DNA of 64,000 nt from Cenarchaeum sp. (GTDB lineage: Archaea > Thermoproteota > Nitrososphaeria > Nitrososphaerales > Nitrosopumilaceae): assembly GCA_963693095.2 (NCBI GenBank), contig OY843768.1, positions 864,001-928,000 on the forward strand, written 5' to 3'. The notes beneath the pieces were generated by a model. It had not been told where the DNA came from. It made no database searches and worked only from the letters and a program-made list of their open reading frames with translations. Made by a program: the position numbers and the translations under genes. Each line of letters starts with the position of its first letter. Position 1 is the first letter of the stretch. Below are positions 40,473 through 50,196 of this stretch, one piece after another.

Positions 40473-41488
40473 CTCTGGTCTAGATACACGGGGGCACCCG
40501 TATTTATGGATACGAGCATTGCCTCCATCACGTGCGCAAGCGAGGACGGGCGTGATGGCAGTAGCCGGTGGACTGCCCATGACTGCCACGCTCCCTGTGA
40601 GTGGAGACCGGCAGGATCGATGCCCGTCTCTAGGCCGACGAGCATGGACGGCAGGTGGCGCATGAGGCCATGGCACCCGAGTTCACCATCCGGATCGCCG
40701 TATAGGGAGGCAGGATGGACGTGCTCCTCCCCAGGACGGCACATGGGGCAATAGTCCGGACCGCCCATGCCATCATTGTATCGCACAGAGAGCTTGCCCG
40801 AGGAGAGGTCGGCGTGGTTGAGGCCCATGCCTGTCGCCGTGAGCACGATTTCAGAGTTGGCAAACTCACGATCGATCGGAAGTTGGATACAGCCCCCAGA
40901 GTAGGCCGAGCCTATGGAGACAAACGCTGTCCGGTCGCCCTCAAAGCGCATCATTAGCGAGACAGAGTCCCCGAGCCTGCGCTCCTCGCCTTCCTGTTCG
41001 TCGTCATCCTCCCCGCGCGGCGAGCTCGCAAAGACGGCCTGTGGTGCCGAGCCGAGCGCAAACATTGCAATGTCAGCGGACAGCGCGCACACTGAGCGCA
41101 TGTCAGGGTGTGGGCCCATGACAGTCGTGGATATGGCCGCCGAGTCGCGCACGTGGTTGCGCGCGTGGCGCATCACGGTGCTATAGCGCGCAATGTGGCT
41201 GCCGCACTCGAGCCGCAGGCCAGCCTTTTGCGCGACCTTTTCCAGGCCCTCCCACTCACCAGACGCGCAAGAGTTGACGTCATAGACCATGACATGGACG
41301 CCTGCGCGCAAGAGCTCCGTCGCAAGTCCTGCGCACGAGTCGCCCACGTGTCCAATCACGGCAGCACCGCCCTTGCCTGCGGCCCCTAGAATCGCATCGA
41401 CTGTGGGCTCGACTGTGCGCGCACACAGTGCTGCGGGGAGCGAAGGCCCCTCCAGGTGATCTGGCCACCCGGCAAAGACGAGTGCCAC
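40469..41488 (-). CDS. Highly diverged Gfo/Idh/MocA-like protein
   Basis: LLRAGVHVMV, A.KAGLRL..G.HI.RY, P..VFA and EAMLVSINTGAPVYL are recognisable, but GxGxxG and EKP are missing. Confidence 0.6.
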   Translation of the reverse strand: MALVFAGWPDHLEGPSLPAALCARTVEPTVDAILGAAGKGGAAVIGHVGDSCAGLATELLRAGVHVMVYDVNSCASGEWEGLEKVAQKAGLRLECGSHIARYSTVMRHARNHVRDSAAISTTVMGPHPDMRSVCALSADIAMFALGSAPQAVFASSPRGEDDDEQEGEERRLGDSVSLMMRFEGDRTAFVSIGSAYSGGCIQLPIDREFANSEIVLTATGMGLNHADLSSGKLSVRYNDGMGGPDYCPMCRPGEEHVHPASLYGDPDGELGCHGLMRHLPSMLVGLETGIDPAGLHSQGAWQSWAVHRLLPSRPSSLAHVMEAMLVSINTGAPVYLDQR

Positions 41489-42406
41489 CTAGTACACCGC
41501 CGTGAGCCACCCTGCACGCGTTTCGTTGCGCCCCATGACGGCATCCTCGTATGCGCGCATGAGTGTCCTAGTCAGCTCACCAGGCTTGCCGTTGCCGACC
41601 TTTTTGCCGTCGATCGACGTGACCGGCGTGACCTCGGCGGCCGTTCCGGTCAGGAATATCTCGTCGGCCACATAGAGCTCGCTGCGCGCAATGTCGCCGA
41701 CACGCGCGCCGATTCCGGCATCAGGGGCGAGCTGCAGTATGCAGTCGCGCGTGAGGCCCTCGAGTGCGGACGAGGCGAGCGTTGGCGTGATGAGCTCGCC
41801 GTGGCGCACGACAAAGACGTTCTCTCCGGGCGCCTCGCTCAAGAACCCGCGCGAGTCGAGGAGGATCGCCTCGTCGTATCCGTTGCGGTGGGCCTCCTGC
41901 GTTGCGATTATCGCGTTGAGATAGTTTCCGCCCGCCTTTGCCATGTGCGGCGTTGAGGCATCAGAGAACTTTTTCCACGACGAGACGCCCGCCGATATTC
42001 CCGACGCCGGAAAGAGCCGGCCTGCCGGAAACGCGTACATTGCCGTGCGAACCGGCGCGCCGGGCGCAATGTCGAGGTTTATCCCATAGTCGCCTACAAA
42101 GCAGAACGGCCTGACATAGCACGACTTTTTGAGGCGGTTCTTGCGGCAGATGCCAGTGACTGCCGAGGCGAGCTCGTCGGCGCTGTGCTTTAGTGACATC
42201 GAGTAGAATGATGCTGACTCGGCGAGGCGCCTGACGTGGTCGTCGAGGCGCACGACGTTGAGGTTCTTGCCGTTCCAGTATGCGCGGATTCCCTCAAAGA
42301 CAGACGTCCCATAGTGGAGCGCGTGTGTCGTGATGGGCACGCGCGCGCCGGCGAGTGGGCAGTATCGGCCGTCAAGCCACGCCGTGGGACACGGGCTGAA
42401 CTTCAT
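41489..42406 (-). CDS. ilvE: Branched-chain amino acid aminotransferase
   Basis: HALHYGTSVFEGIRAY, AKAGGNY, EAPGENVF, LEGLTR, FLTGTAAE. Confidence 0.96.
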   Translation of the reverse strand: MKFSPCPTAWLDGRYCPLAGARVPITTHALHYGTSVFEGIRAYWNGKNLNVVRLDDHVRRLAESASFYSMSLKHSADELASAVTGICRKNRLKKSCYVRPFCFVGDYGINLDIAPGAPVRTAMYAFPAGRLFPASGISAGVSSWKKFSDASTPHMAKAGGNYLNAIIATQEAHRNGYDEAILLDSRGFLSEAPGENVFVVRHGELITPTLASSALEGLTRDCILQLAPDAGIGARVGDIARSELYVADEIFLTGTAAEVTPVTSIDGKKVGNGKPGELTRTLMRAYEDAVMGRNETRAGWLTAVY

Positions 42407-42583
42407 CGTGTTGGGCGTGCGCGCATGGAGTAATTAACGTATTTGCGTGAATTGAGAGTATTCCGTCTAGTGAGGGCGGCGCCACGCGGCAAGAGACTAT
42501 TCCCAGACCCCATGCATAGCGGTCACAGCCGTTCCTGCGATCTCCCAAAACGGATATTAATGCGTCCCCTGGCGCGCGTGGTG

Positions 42584-42703
42584 ATGCCAGAGAGGACAAT
42601 GCCGGTCTGCTGCACCGAGGAGCAGCACCGCATAATCACCGAGTACGCCAAGAGGCACGGCATGACTGACGTGTCACAGGCCGTAGAGTCGTTGCTCGAC
42701 TAG
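42584..42703 (+). CDS. Small ribbon-helix-helix-like protein (39 aa)
   Basis: MPERTMPVCCTEEQHRIITEYAKRHGMTDVSQAVESLLD; ATTAAT box upstream. Confidence 0.5.
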   Translation: MPERTMPVCCTEEQHRIITEYAKRHGMTDVSQAVESLLD

Positions 42704-42766
42704 CCCAACGCTTTTTACCCCTAAGCGGGAGCGCGAGGCCATGAACCCATGGCGTGGTGCGCCCTG

Positions 42767-43177
42767 ATGGGGCTATTTTCAAGAAAGCCAACAGTGTGCG
42801 CCGTGTGCGGCAAGGAGGCGAGGCACTCGCACAAGCCAAAGCGCGAGTGGGGCGTGTCAGGCAGGCTGTGCGGCGACTGCCACGTGGAGAAGACAAAGGC
42901 GCACTATGACTCGATGACGCAGCAGGCATGCGCCGTGTGCGGCACCGTAAAGAGGATGCATGACCTCTGGGAGCCGCACTGGAAGTGGGACATGGACGGC
43001 CTGCTGTGCAAGTCATGCTTTGACTCGCATGGCGAGGAGCACGAGAAAAAGCGCAACAACTGCTCGCGCTGTGGCGGCAAGATGGGAATCATACGCTACA
43101 ACCCAAAGCCAAAGTGGAAGATCACCGGCCAGCTATGCCGGAACTGCTGGGACACGCAAAAGGCCGAGCTCGGCTAG
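42767..43177 (+). CDS. Protein with three tandem C4 zinc-finger repeats
   Basis: Three copies of CxxCG...P..xW...G.LCxxC. Confidence 0.8.
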   Translation: MGLFSRKPTVCAVCGKEARHSHKPKREWGVSGRLCGDCHVEKTKAHYDSMTQQACAVCGTVKRMHDLWEPHWKWDMDGLLCKSCFDSHGEEHEKKRNNCSRCGGKMGIIRYNPKPKWKITGQLCRNCWDTQKAELG

Positions 43178-43212
43178 CGCGCAGCAGGAATTGAAAGGTG
43201 GGCAGTTGTGCC

Positions 43213-43494
43213 CTAGAGTGCCCTTATCGACTTTACGACGGGGGGCCTGTTCTTTACAAAGACGCGAAACCCGCAGATGCACTTTATCTCTGGCAGCCTG
43301 TCGAGCTCCTCGGCCGGAGCAGGCGTGTTGCAGCGCAGGCAAGAGTACATTACGCTGTTGCGTTCAGGCTCGACATCCTCTTCATCCTCGTCGCCGTCAG
43401 TCGACTCGGCAGCACCCGTTGAGCCAAAGGCCGTGTTGGGCACGAGGGCCGTGTCGGCCTCTGGAGGCGTTGGGGGGACGCTCTCGTCTACCAT
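43213..43494 (-). CDS. rpo12: DNA-directed RNA polymerase subunit Rpo12 (P) with acidic N-terminal extension
   Basis: YSCLRC...IKCICGFRVFVKNRPPVVK. Confidence 0.9.
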   Translation of the reverse strand: MVDESVPPTPPEADTALVPNTAFGSTGAAESTDGDEDEEDVEPERNSVMYSCLRCNTPAPAEELDRLPEIKCICGFRVFVKNRPPVVKSIRAL

Positions 43495-43537
43495 GCCAGA
43501 GCCCCCGCACGCGCCAATTTAAGCCGTTCTGCGCGAG

Positions 43538-43852
43538 TCACTTTAGCACCAGCTCGATATACACGCCATCGGGCATGTTTAGCCTCATCAACTGCCTTAT
43601 CGCCGAGCCCTTGCCATCGGCGCTAATGTCCATGATACGCCGATGCATGCGCATCTCCCACTTTTCGTACGTCTCGGTCCCGCTTCCGCACGGGGACTTG
43701 CGCGTGTCGATGTGGAGGCGCTTTACTGGCAGCGGTGTCGGACCCTTTATGCGAACGCCTGTCTTTAGGCCGATTCCGTGGATCTCCTGGCACACAGAAT
43801 CCAGCTTGGCAAGGTCAGAGCTTGTCAGTTTGACTCGGGCTGACTGGGCCAA
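43538..43852 (-). CDS. rpsJ: 30S ribosomal protein S10
   Basis: ARVKLTS, GPTPLP, RKSPCG.G, WEMRMHRR. Confidence 0.97.
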   Translation of the reverse strand: MAQSARVKLTSSDLAKLDSVCQEIHGIGLKTGVRIKGPTPLPVKRLHIDTRKSPCGSGTETYEKWEMRMHRRIMDISADGKGSAIRQLMRLNMPDGVYIELVLK

Positions 43853-43864
43853 TCAAGACACCAG

Positions 43865-45163
43865 CTATGGGGTGTGCTCTTCGGTAATCTCTTTCACAAT
43901 TCCGGCGGCAACCGTCGCGCCCATGTCACGCAGGGCAAAGCGACCCATCTCGGGATACTCTTTGAACGTCTCTATGGGCGTCGGGCGGACTGGCCTTATC
44001 CTCACAATGGCCGAGTCGCCGACCTTTAGGAACTTTGGGTTCTCCTCGTCAGTAGCGCCCGTGGCGGCGTTTATCTTTGCCTCAAATGCAGTTATCGTCG
44101 CGGCGACCTGCGCGGTGTGGCAGTGCATGACCGGCGTGTAGCCTGGCGCGATTGCAGTGGGGTGGTGGATCACTATAATCTGCGCCTTGAACTCTTTTGC
44201 TACCTTTGGCGGATCAGCCGGAGAGCCTAGCACGTCACCGCGCTTTATGTCCTTTTTCTCAATTCCGCGAAGGTTGAACCCAATGTTGTCACCGGCCTGT
44301 GCCGACTCTAGCTGCTGGTGGTGCGTCTCTATGGACTTTATCTCTCCGGCAGCGCCAGATGGCATCACGACGATCTTGTCACCAGGCTTCATCTTGCCCG
44401 TCTCGACACGGCCGACTGGAACAGTTCCAACACCCGTGATCGTGTAGACGTCCTGGACAGGCACGCGCAACGGCTTGTTTATCGGCTTCTCCTCGACCTT
44501 GAAGTCATCAAAGCACTCTAGGAGCGTCTTGCCCTTGTACCATGACATGTTCTCGGACTTTTTGACGAGATTGTCGCCCTTCCAGCCCGAGACGGGTATG
44601 AACGGAACATCGTCGAGCTTGTAGCCGACTGACTGGCAGAGCTTGCCGCCCTTTTCAACGACTGCCTTGTAGGCGTCCTCCTTGTAGTCGACGGCGTCCA
44701 TCTTGTTGACTGCCACTATGATCTGCTTTACGCCGAGCGTCTTTAGGAGGAACGCGTGCTCGCGAGCCTGGCCTCCGGCCGCTATTGCCGTGTCAGTCTC
44801 ACCCTCCTTTGCCGAGAGGACGAGAATCGCACAGTCGGCCTCGGAAGCGCCAGTGATCATGTTCTTGATAAAGTCCCTGTGACCGGGCGCGTCGATGAGC
44901 GTAAAGAAGAACTTTGGCGTCTCGAACTTTTGGAACGCGAGGTCTATCGTGATGCCCCTCTCCCTCTCGTCCTTTATGTTGTCCATGACCCAGGCGTACT
45001 TGAAGGTGTCACCCTTGCCCGTCTTTTCGGACTCTTCGGCGTGCTGCGCTATCGTCCTCTCGTCTACCACGCCCAAATCCATGAGAAAGTGACCCATCGT
45101 GGTGGACTTGCCGTTGTCGATGTGTCCCGTGACTATGAGGTTCAGGTGTTCCTTGTCAGCCAA
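43865..45163 (-). CDS. tuf: Translation elongation factor aEF-1alpha
   Basis: GHIDNGKST, ERERGITI, DAPGHRDF, NKMD, GRFALRDMG. Confidence 0.98.
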   Translation of the reverse strand: MADKEHLNLIVTGHIDNGKSTTMGHFLMDLGVVDERTIAQHAEESEKTGKGDTFKYAWVMDNIKDERERGITIDLAFQKFETPKFFFTLIDAPGHRDFIKNMITGASEADCAILVLSAKEGETDTAIAAGGQAREHAFLLKTLGVKQIIVAVNKMDAVDYKEDAYKAVVEKGGKLCQSVGYKLDDVPFIPVSGWKGDNLVKKSENMSWYKGKTLLECFDDFKVEEKPINKPLRVPVQDVYTITGVGTVPVGRVETGKMKPGDKIVVMPSGAAGEIKSIETHHQQLESAQAGDNIGFNLRGIEKKDIKRGDVLGSPADPPKVAKEFKAQIIVIHHPTAIAPGYTPVMHCHTAQVAATITAFEAKINAATGATDEENPKFLKVGDSAIVRIRPVRPTPIETFKEYPEMGRFALRDMGATVAAGIVKEITEEHTP

Positions 45164-45466
45164 GTGTGACACCCGCCAGAATGGGGGTTTATTACCCTTG
45201 TGGTGGTCGGCGATATGGCCTGCCAGGGCAGGCTAGCCACGGCGCGGCATGGCACGCCGCCGTGGGTCGGCAAGCCCCAGCTTGGGTCAGAACTGCCCAT
45301 GCAGAGCCCCATATCTCGCACCGGGAGGCAGAGCGAGCCGACTAGCGCAAACGCCTCAACAGAGCCGCCATGCAGGGCTCCCGTCTCTTGCATCAGGCGC
45401 ACGCGGCAGGGCGGCAATCACCCGTGACGTGTCCAGGCGAAGCCCATGCGCAGAACCGCAGACGAT

Positions 45467-46479
45467 GCCCCCAAGGCAGTCCACAGGATGTGGCCATGCC
45501 CCCATACCACATAACCACCGGAAGGCCAGAAATCGGCCATCCCGATCAGGCCAAGCACAGGCAATAAATACAACGCGTGTTCAGCCGGGCGTGTTGAAAG
45601 TAGTCGAGGTAAGCGTACAAGATACTATGAGGCGTTACGGCATCATAGACCCCAGAGACGAGGACGCATCGCGAGAAAGAGTCAGACTGACATGCTCGTT
45701 TTTGCACATGCTGCGTAATGAGAATCTGATCATATGCAAGAAATCTCCGGACATAGCACCACTGGACACGAGAAAGCGAATTCAGAGTATGACGTATTTG
45801 GCATTTCGCTTGTTCGAGCTTCCGCTTGGATATTGGTATAATTTGTACATATATGGGCCATACTCGGTCACGCTGGCTGCAGACTATTACGGGATTCCAA
45901 ACCTCAAAGAGCAGAAAGCCATCACCATTAAAGAATGGTCAGAGATGGAGAAATTTTTAAAGTTTGTAAAGGGGCAAAGCACAGATTGGTTGGAGGCAGT
46001 CACAACCCTGCATTACATAGCCGCAAAGGAGGAAATTTCAGGCGACGAGCTGGTGTCGCGCGTCAAGAACCTCATGTGGGAATTCGACATCAAGGCAGCA
46101 TATGACGAGGTGAACACGACGAGTTTTTGGGACAAGGCAAGATATCTTTTATGAAAAGACGCCATTATTGCCGTATGCATATCTGACCACGTCAACTGGC
46201 ATCACGTGACCAGGAAAGACAACACAATACGGACAAGGCGAATAGCTCGCCAAACGACTCTGCCCAGAGACTAAAGCCCACGGCGTTCTCGCCTAGCATC
46301 GCATCGACCATGCCTTGCCGTCCCATCATCGTGCCCACGCACGAGTTTAGCAAACCCGCCATTCTAGCCAGGCGAGCACCCCGCCGAGCCACCTGCCACA
46401 GTTGCCGCCAAGGCGGCAAGAAACGCGCCCCTGGGTTCACCAGATGGCTCCGGTGCCGCCCCTCACGCCCCCAAGGCAG
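45467..46479 (+). repeat. 13-bp direct repeat GCCCCCAAGGCAG (45467-45479 and 46467-46479) flanking an accessory gene
   Basis: Exact match read at both positions. Confidence 0.6.
45591..46154 (+). CDS. Panacea/SocA/YwgA-like (DUF4065-like) protein, orphan
   Basis: RKRIQSMTYL, LGYWYNLYIYGPYSVTLAADY, WLEAVTTLHY; lower GC; AATAAATA box upstream. Confidence 0.7.
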   Translation: MLKVVEVSVQDTMRRYGIIDPRDEDASRERVRLTCSFLHMLRNENLIICKKSPDIAPLDTRKRIQSMTYLAFRLFELPLGYWYNLYIYGPYSVTLAADYYGIPNLKEQKAITIKEWSEMEKFLKFVKGQSTDWLEAVTTLHYIAAKEEISGDELVSRVKNLMWEFDIKAAYDEVNTTSFWDKARYLL

Positions 46480-46514
46480 AACGACATAAATCAGACGGGA
46501 TTTGGCGCCCCCGC

Positions 46515-47645
46515 ATGAAGGTCACAGTGTCTGCCATAAAGGCCGACGTTGGCGGGATCGGGGGCCACACAAGGCCGAGTGATGCGCTCCTCGAGGCGGT
46601 CCGCAAGACTGTCGCCGCATCAGACATTCTCCTTGACAGCTATATCGGATACTGCGGTGATGACGTCCACATTGTGATGGCCCACACGCGCGGCACTGAC
46701 AACACTGACGTGCACGGCCTGGCATGGCGCGCCTTTGAGGCCGGAACAGAGGTCGCAAGGCGCGAGGGACTCTATGGGGCCGGCCAGGACCTGCTAAAGG
46801 ACTCGTTCTCTGGAAACGTAAAGGGCATGGGGCCCGGAGCCGCCGAGATCGAGTTCGAGGAGAGGCCAAATGAGGCCTTTGTAGTATTTGCGGCCGACAA
46901 GACCGAGCCCGGCGCGTTCAACTATCCGCTCTACCGCCTCTTTGCGGACAGCCTCAGCAACACGGGCCTCATTGTCAACAAGTCACTCGCATCAGGCGTT
47001 GTCATGGACATCATGGACGTCGAGGAGGGCATGGTGGCCAGCCTCAGCCTCTGGGAGGACAAGCCGGCCATAGAGGCCGCGCTAATGTATCCCGGCAGGT
47101 ATGTCATCGAGTCTGTCCGCACGCGCGAGGGCGAGCCCATACTCTCCGCGTCAACTGACAGGCTGCACAACATAGCCGGCACGTACGTCGGAAAGGACGA
47201 TCCCATATGCCTAGTGCGCACGCAAAAGCTGTTTCCGGCAACAGAGGAGGCCGGCAGCGTCTTTAACAATCCCCACTATGTTGCCGGAAACACTCGCGGC
47301 AGCCACAATATGCCACTCATGCCCGTAAAGCTAAACACGGCGGCTAGCATCAACTTTTGCATACCCATAGTGTCATCGCTCGTGTTCAGCATGCACGATG
47401 GCAAGTTCACCGGCCCGTTTGACGGCTTTTCAACGCCGGACTGGGATTACATCCGCAACATCGCAGTCAGGAAGGCCATGGCGATGCGCAGCCAGGGCTT
47501 TATCCATCCGGCCACGCTCGTGCCATCGGAGCTAGAGTACGCCGAGGGGTACAAGGCCATAATGGATCGCGTGCGATCCAGGATGCGCCCTGTTGAGGGC
47601 GGCGATGGCGGGGCGCGCAAGGGAACCTATGAGGATCCCGACTAG
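46515..47645 (+). CDS. fbp: Fructose-1,6-bisphosphate aldolase/phosphatase
   Basis: IKADVGGIGGH, GDD, GLYGAGQDLL, DKTEPGAFN, YVGKDDP. Confidence 0.97.
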   Translation: MKVTVSAIKADVGGIGGHTRPSDALLEAVRKTVAASDILLDSYIGYCGDDVHIVMAHTRGTDNTDVHGLAWRAFEAGTEVARREGLYGAGQDLLKDSFSGNVKGMGPGAAEIEFEERPNEAFVVFAADKTEPGAFNYPLYRLFADSLSNTGLIVNKSLASGVVMDIMDVEEGMVASLSLWEDKPAIEAALMYPGRYVIESVRTREGEPILSASTDRLHNIAGTYVGKDDPICLVRTQKLFPATEEAGSVFNNPHYVAGNTRGSHNMPLMPVKLNTAASINFCIPIVSSLVFSMHDGKFTGPFDGFSTPDWDYIRNIAVRKAMAMRSQGFIHPATLVPSELEYAEGYKAIMDRVRSRMRPVEGGDGGARKGTYEDPD

Positions 47646-47719
47646 AATCCTGATCGCAGGCGCAGCCAATGGACAAAATGTCGGCAAGGCTTAAAAACAA
47701 ACTGCCCCACCGCCCCGCC

Positions 47720-48115
47720 ATGAGCGGTCCGGGAGTCGCGACGGTCATCATACCCGTGCTAGGCGTAGTGGCATTTGCGCAGACGCTAGTCACGCTCTTT
47801 GGAAAGGACATACCCGGCGTGATGATATCGTTCTTCAAGGGGGCCGAGGAGTTTGTCATGCTCGGGCTCATCTTTGTCTTTGTCCTTGCGTGGATGAGGA
47901 GGGCGCAGCCGCGCCAGCGCAGCGGGCCGTACTCGATAGTCGCCTTTGACGTCTTTGGCCACGAGACGCGCGTGGACGGGATTCGCACGTCATTTAGGAG
48001 CCGCGATGTCGCGCTGAGCTTTGCGAGGCAGTACAGGCGCATGCACCCCATGCACAACTTTGCCGTCCTGACTGACGCCAGCGAGACACGGCGCACGATA
48101 ATACGCTACGTCTAG
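47720..48115 (+). CDS. Hypothetical membrane protein (2 TM plus soluble C-terminus)
   Basis: Hydrophobic N-terminal half, host-like codons. Confidence 0.65.
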   Translation: MSGPGVATVIIPVLGVVAFAQTLVTLFGKDIPGVMISFFKGAEEFVMLGLIFVFVLAWMRRAQPRQRSGPYSIVAFDVFGHETRVDGIRTSFRSRDVALSFARQYRRMHPMHNFAVLTDASETRRTIIRYV

Positions 48116-48173
48116 GGCGCGCGTGGCACTGGGCAGCTAATTTTTAACCCAAGGGCTCACGCCGCGCCCTGCA

Positions 48174-49943
48174 ATGGAGTTCTCTGTCCTGTCTGACGCC
48201 TTTGGCCTCATGGAAAAGACCTCAAAGCGCACAGAGCTCACCGAGATACTCGTCGGCCTCCTCAAGTCCACGCCGACAGACACTGTTGCCAATGTCGTGT
48301 ACATGCTGCAGGGAATGCTGCGGCCTGGATTTGACGGCATAGAGCTCGGGATTGCCGAAAAGTCCGCCATACGCGCAATAGCAAAGTCATCTGGCGCATC
48401 GGCCGCCGAAGTCGATCGCGCATACAAGAAAAAGGGCGACCTCGGCGTTGCCGCATCCGAGATACTCCAAAAAAAGACCCAGTCGACGCTGGCTGCTGCT
48501 GACATTACAGTCGAGCGCGTGTATGACACGCTGATGAAGATAGCAATGTCTGAGGGGGCGCGCTCCCAGGATCTAAAGGTCAGGTATGTCTCTAGCCTGC
48601 TCAATGACGCCAATGCGACAGAGGCAAAGTTCATCCTAAAGCTCCTTTTGGGCACGCTCAGGCTCGGGGTTGCAGGAAACACGATAATGGACGCACTGGC
48701 CATAGCGCACACTGGCTCAAAGGACGCGCGTGCCGAGATCGAGGCGGCATACAATGTGTCAAGTGACCTCGGTGCCGTGGCCGAGGCAGTTGCGCTCTCT
48801 GGCATTGATGGCGTCAGGGCATTTGAGATCATGGTCCACCGGCCCGTGCGCCCAATGCTCGCCGAGCGCGCAAGGAGCGAGGCCGAGGCGATAAAAAAGA
48901 TGGGTGAGGAGTGCAGTGCCGAGTACAAGCTAGACGGCGAGCGCGCGCAGATACACATTGGCGAGGGGCGCGTGAGGGTCTTTTCGCGCAGCAACGAGGA
49001 GGTGACTAGGTTCTATCCGGACATTGTCGAGAGGATACCTGACGTCATTGGAGCAAGTGAGGCCATACTGGAGGGCGAGGCAGTGGCGATGAACGCTGAC
49101 CGCACGGAGTTTCTGCCGTTTCAGGAGCTCATGCACAGGCGCAAAAAGCATGGCGTTGACAGGGCAGTGCTAAAGTATCCAATAAGCGTCAACTTTTTTG
49201 ATGTCCTGTATGTTGACGGTCAGGGAGTCCTCGACGAGCCGTATTCAGAGAGGCGCGCGCGCCTCGAGGGGATCATAAAGCCCGATAATGGCGGGTTTGC
49301 GCGGTGCATACCGCGTGAGGTCGTGCGCACCGAGGCGGCGATCGCAGACTTTGTCGAGGAGAGCATTGCGGCAGGCTGCGAGGGAATAATGCTAAAGAGC
49401 CATGACTCGCCATACAAGGCCGGCTCGCGCGGCAGCCACTGGCTAAAGCTAAAGCGCGAGTACAGAAACGAGCTGGGCGACAGCCTGGACCTCGTCGTCA
49501 TTGGCGGCTTTTTCGGGAGGGGCAGGCGCACCGGCTCGTATGGCACGCTCCTCCTTGCGACATATGATGCCGACAGGGACGTGTTCTCGAGCATATGCAA
49601 GGTGGGCACGGGGTTTACTGACGAGGATCTCGACAGGCTGTACCAGATGCTCTCCCCGCGCGTGACGCTGAGGCGCGATGCGCGAGTCGAGAGTGGCCTG
49701 GAGCCTGACGTCTGGTTTGCCCCCGAGGTCGTCATAGAGGTCGTCGCCTCGGAGATCACGCTCAGCCCCACGCACCTGTCGGCCATGGACGCAGTAAAGA
49801 AGGGCCATGGCATGGCCCTGCGGTTCCCAAAGTTCACCGGCCGCGTCCGCGAGGAAAAGTCCGCCGAGGACGCATCTAGCGGCGAGGAGGTCATCACGCT
49901 ATATCGCGGTCAGGTAAAGTCAGCGGTTCAGGGCGGCGACTAG
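48174..49943 (+). CDS. lig: ATP-dependent DNA ligase
   Basis: EYKLDGERAQIH, EGIMLK, WLKLKREY, DLVVIG, LRFPKF. Confidence 0.97.
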   Translation: MEFSVLSDAFGLMEKTSKRTELTEILVGLLKSTPTDTVANVVYMLQGMLRPGFDGIELGIAEKSAIRAIAKSSGASAAEVDRAYKKKGDLGVAASEILQKKTQSTLAAADITVERVYDTLMKIAMSEGARSQDLKVRYVSSLLNDANATEAKFILKLLLGTLRLGVAGNTIMDALAIAHTGSKDARAEIEAAYNVSSDLGAVAEAVALSGIDGVRAFEIMVHRPVRPMLAERARSEAEAIKKMGEECSAEYKLDGERAQIHIGEGRVRVFSRSNEEVTRFYPDIVERIPDVIGASEAILEGEAVAMNADRTEFLPFQELMHRRKKHGVDRAVLKYPISVNFFDVLYVDGQGVLDEPYSERRARLEGIIKPDNGGFARCIPREVVRTEAAIADFVEESIAAGCEGIMLKSHDSPYKAGSRGSHWLKLKREYRNELGDSLDLVVIGGFFGRGRRTGSYGTLLLATYDADRDVFSSICKVGTGFTDEDLDRLYQMLSPRVTLRRDARVESGLEPDVWFAPEVVIEVVASEITLSPTHLSAMDAVKKGHGMALRFPKFTGRVREEKSAEDASSGEEVITLYRGQVKSAVQGGD

Positions 49944-50196
49944 GGCGCGCAACAGGCAGCACACCACAACGCGCAAGGACGGCACGCGGCAGTCCACAAC
50001 TTGCCGGTGTGACAGCCATCACGCAGCAACATGCAGAGGGAACAGCACAGTGCTACCACAAGCGCAACGCATTCCCACACATTCACGCAACACGAGGGAG
50101 GAACGTGTGCGCAGGGTTCAGGAAGTGGCAAGGACTGTTTTGGATCACACGAGGCATAGTGGACTATAACACATTCCGCAATCTTTTCTTGAAACA

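Noticed and set aside
43213-43494. Acidic N-terminal extension of Rpo12 as a novelty
   Set aside because: To my recollection this is a common feature of thaumarchaeal Rpo12, so it is of low novelty.
42960-44141. 393-aa plus-strand ORF, and similar long antisense ORFs (21778-22704, 33272-34171, 56277-57500, 62723-63931)
   Set aside because: They are antisense to well-supported genes, which is expected in high-GC DNA, and carry no motifs.
45200-45430. GC-rich hairpins upstream of tuf as a possible SRP or RNase P RNA
   Set aside because: No SRP helix-8 or RNase P P4 signature found; hairpins are expected at this GC content.
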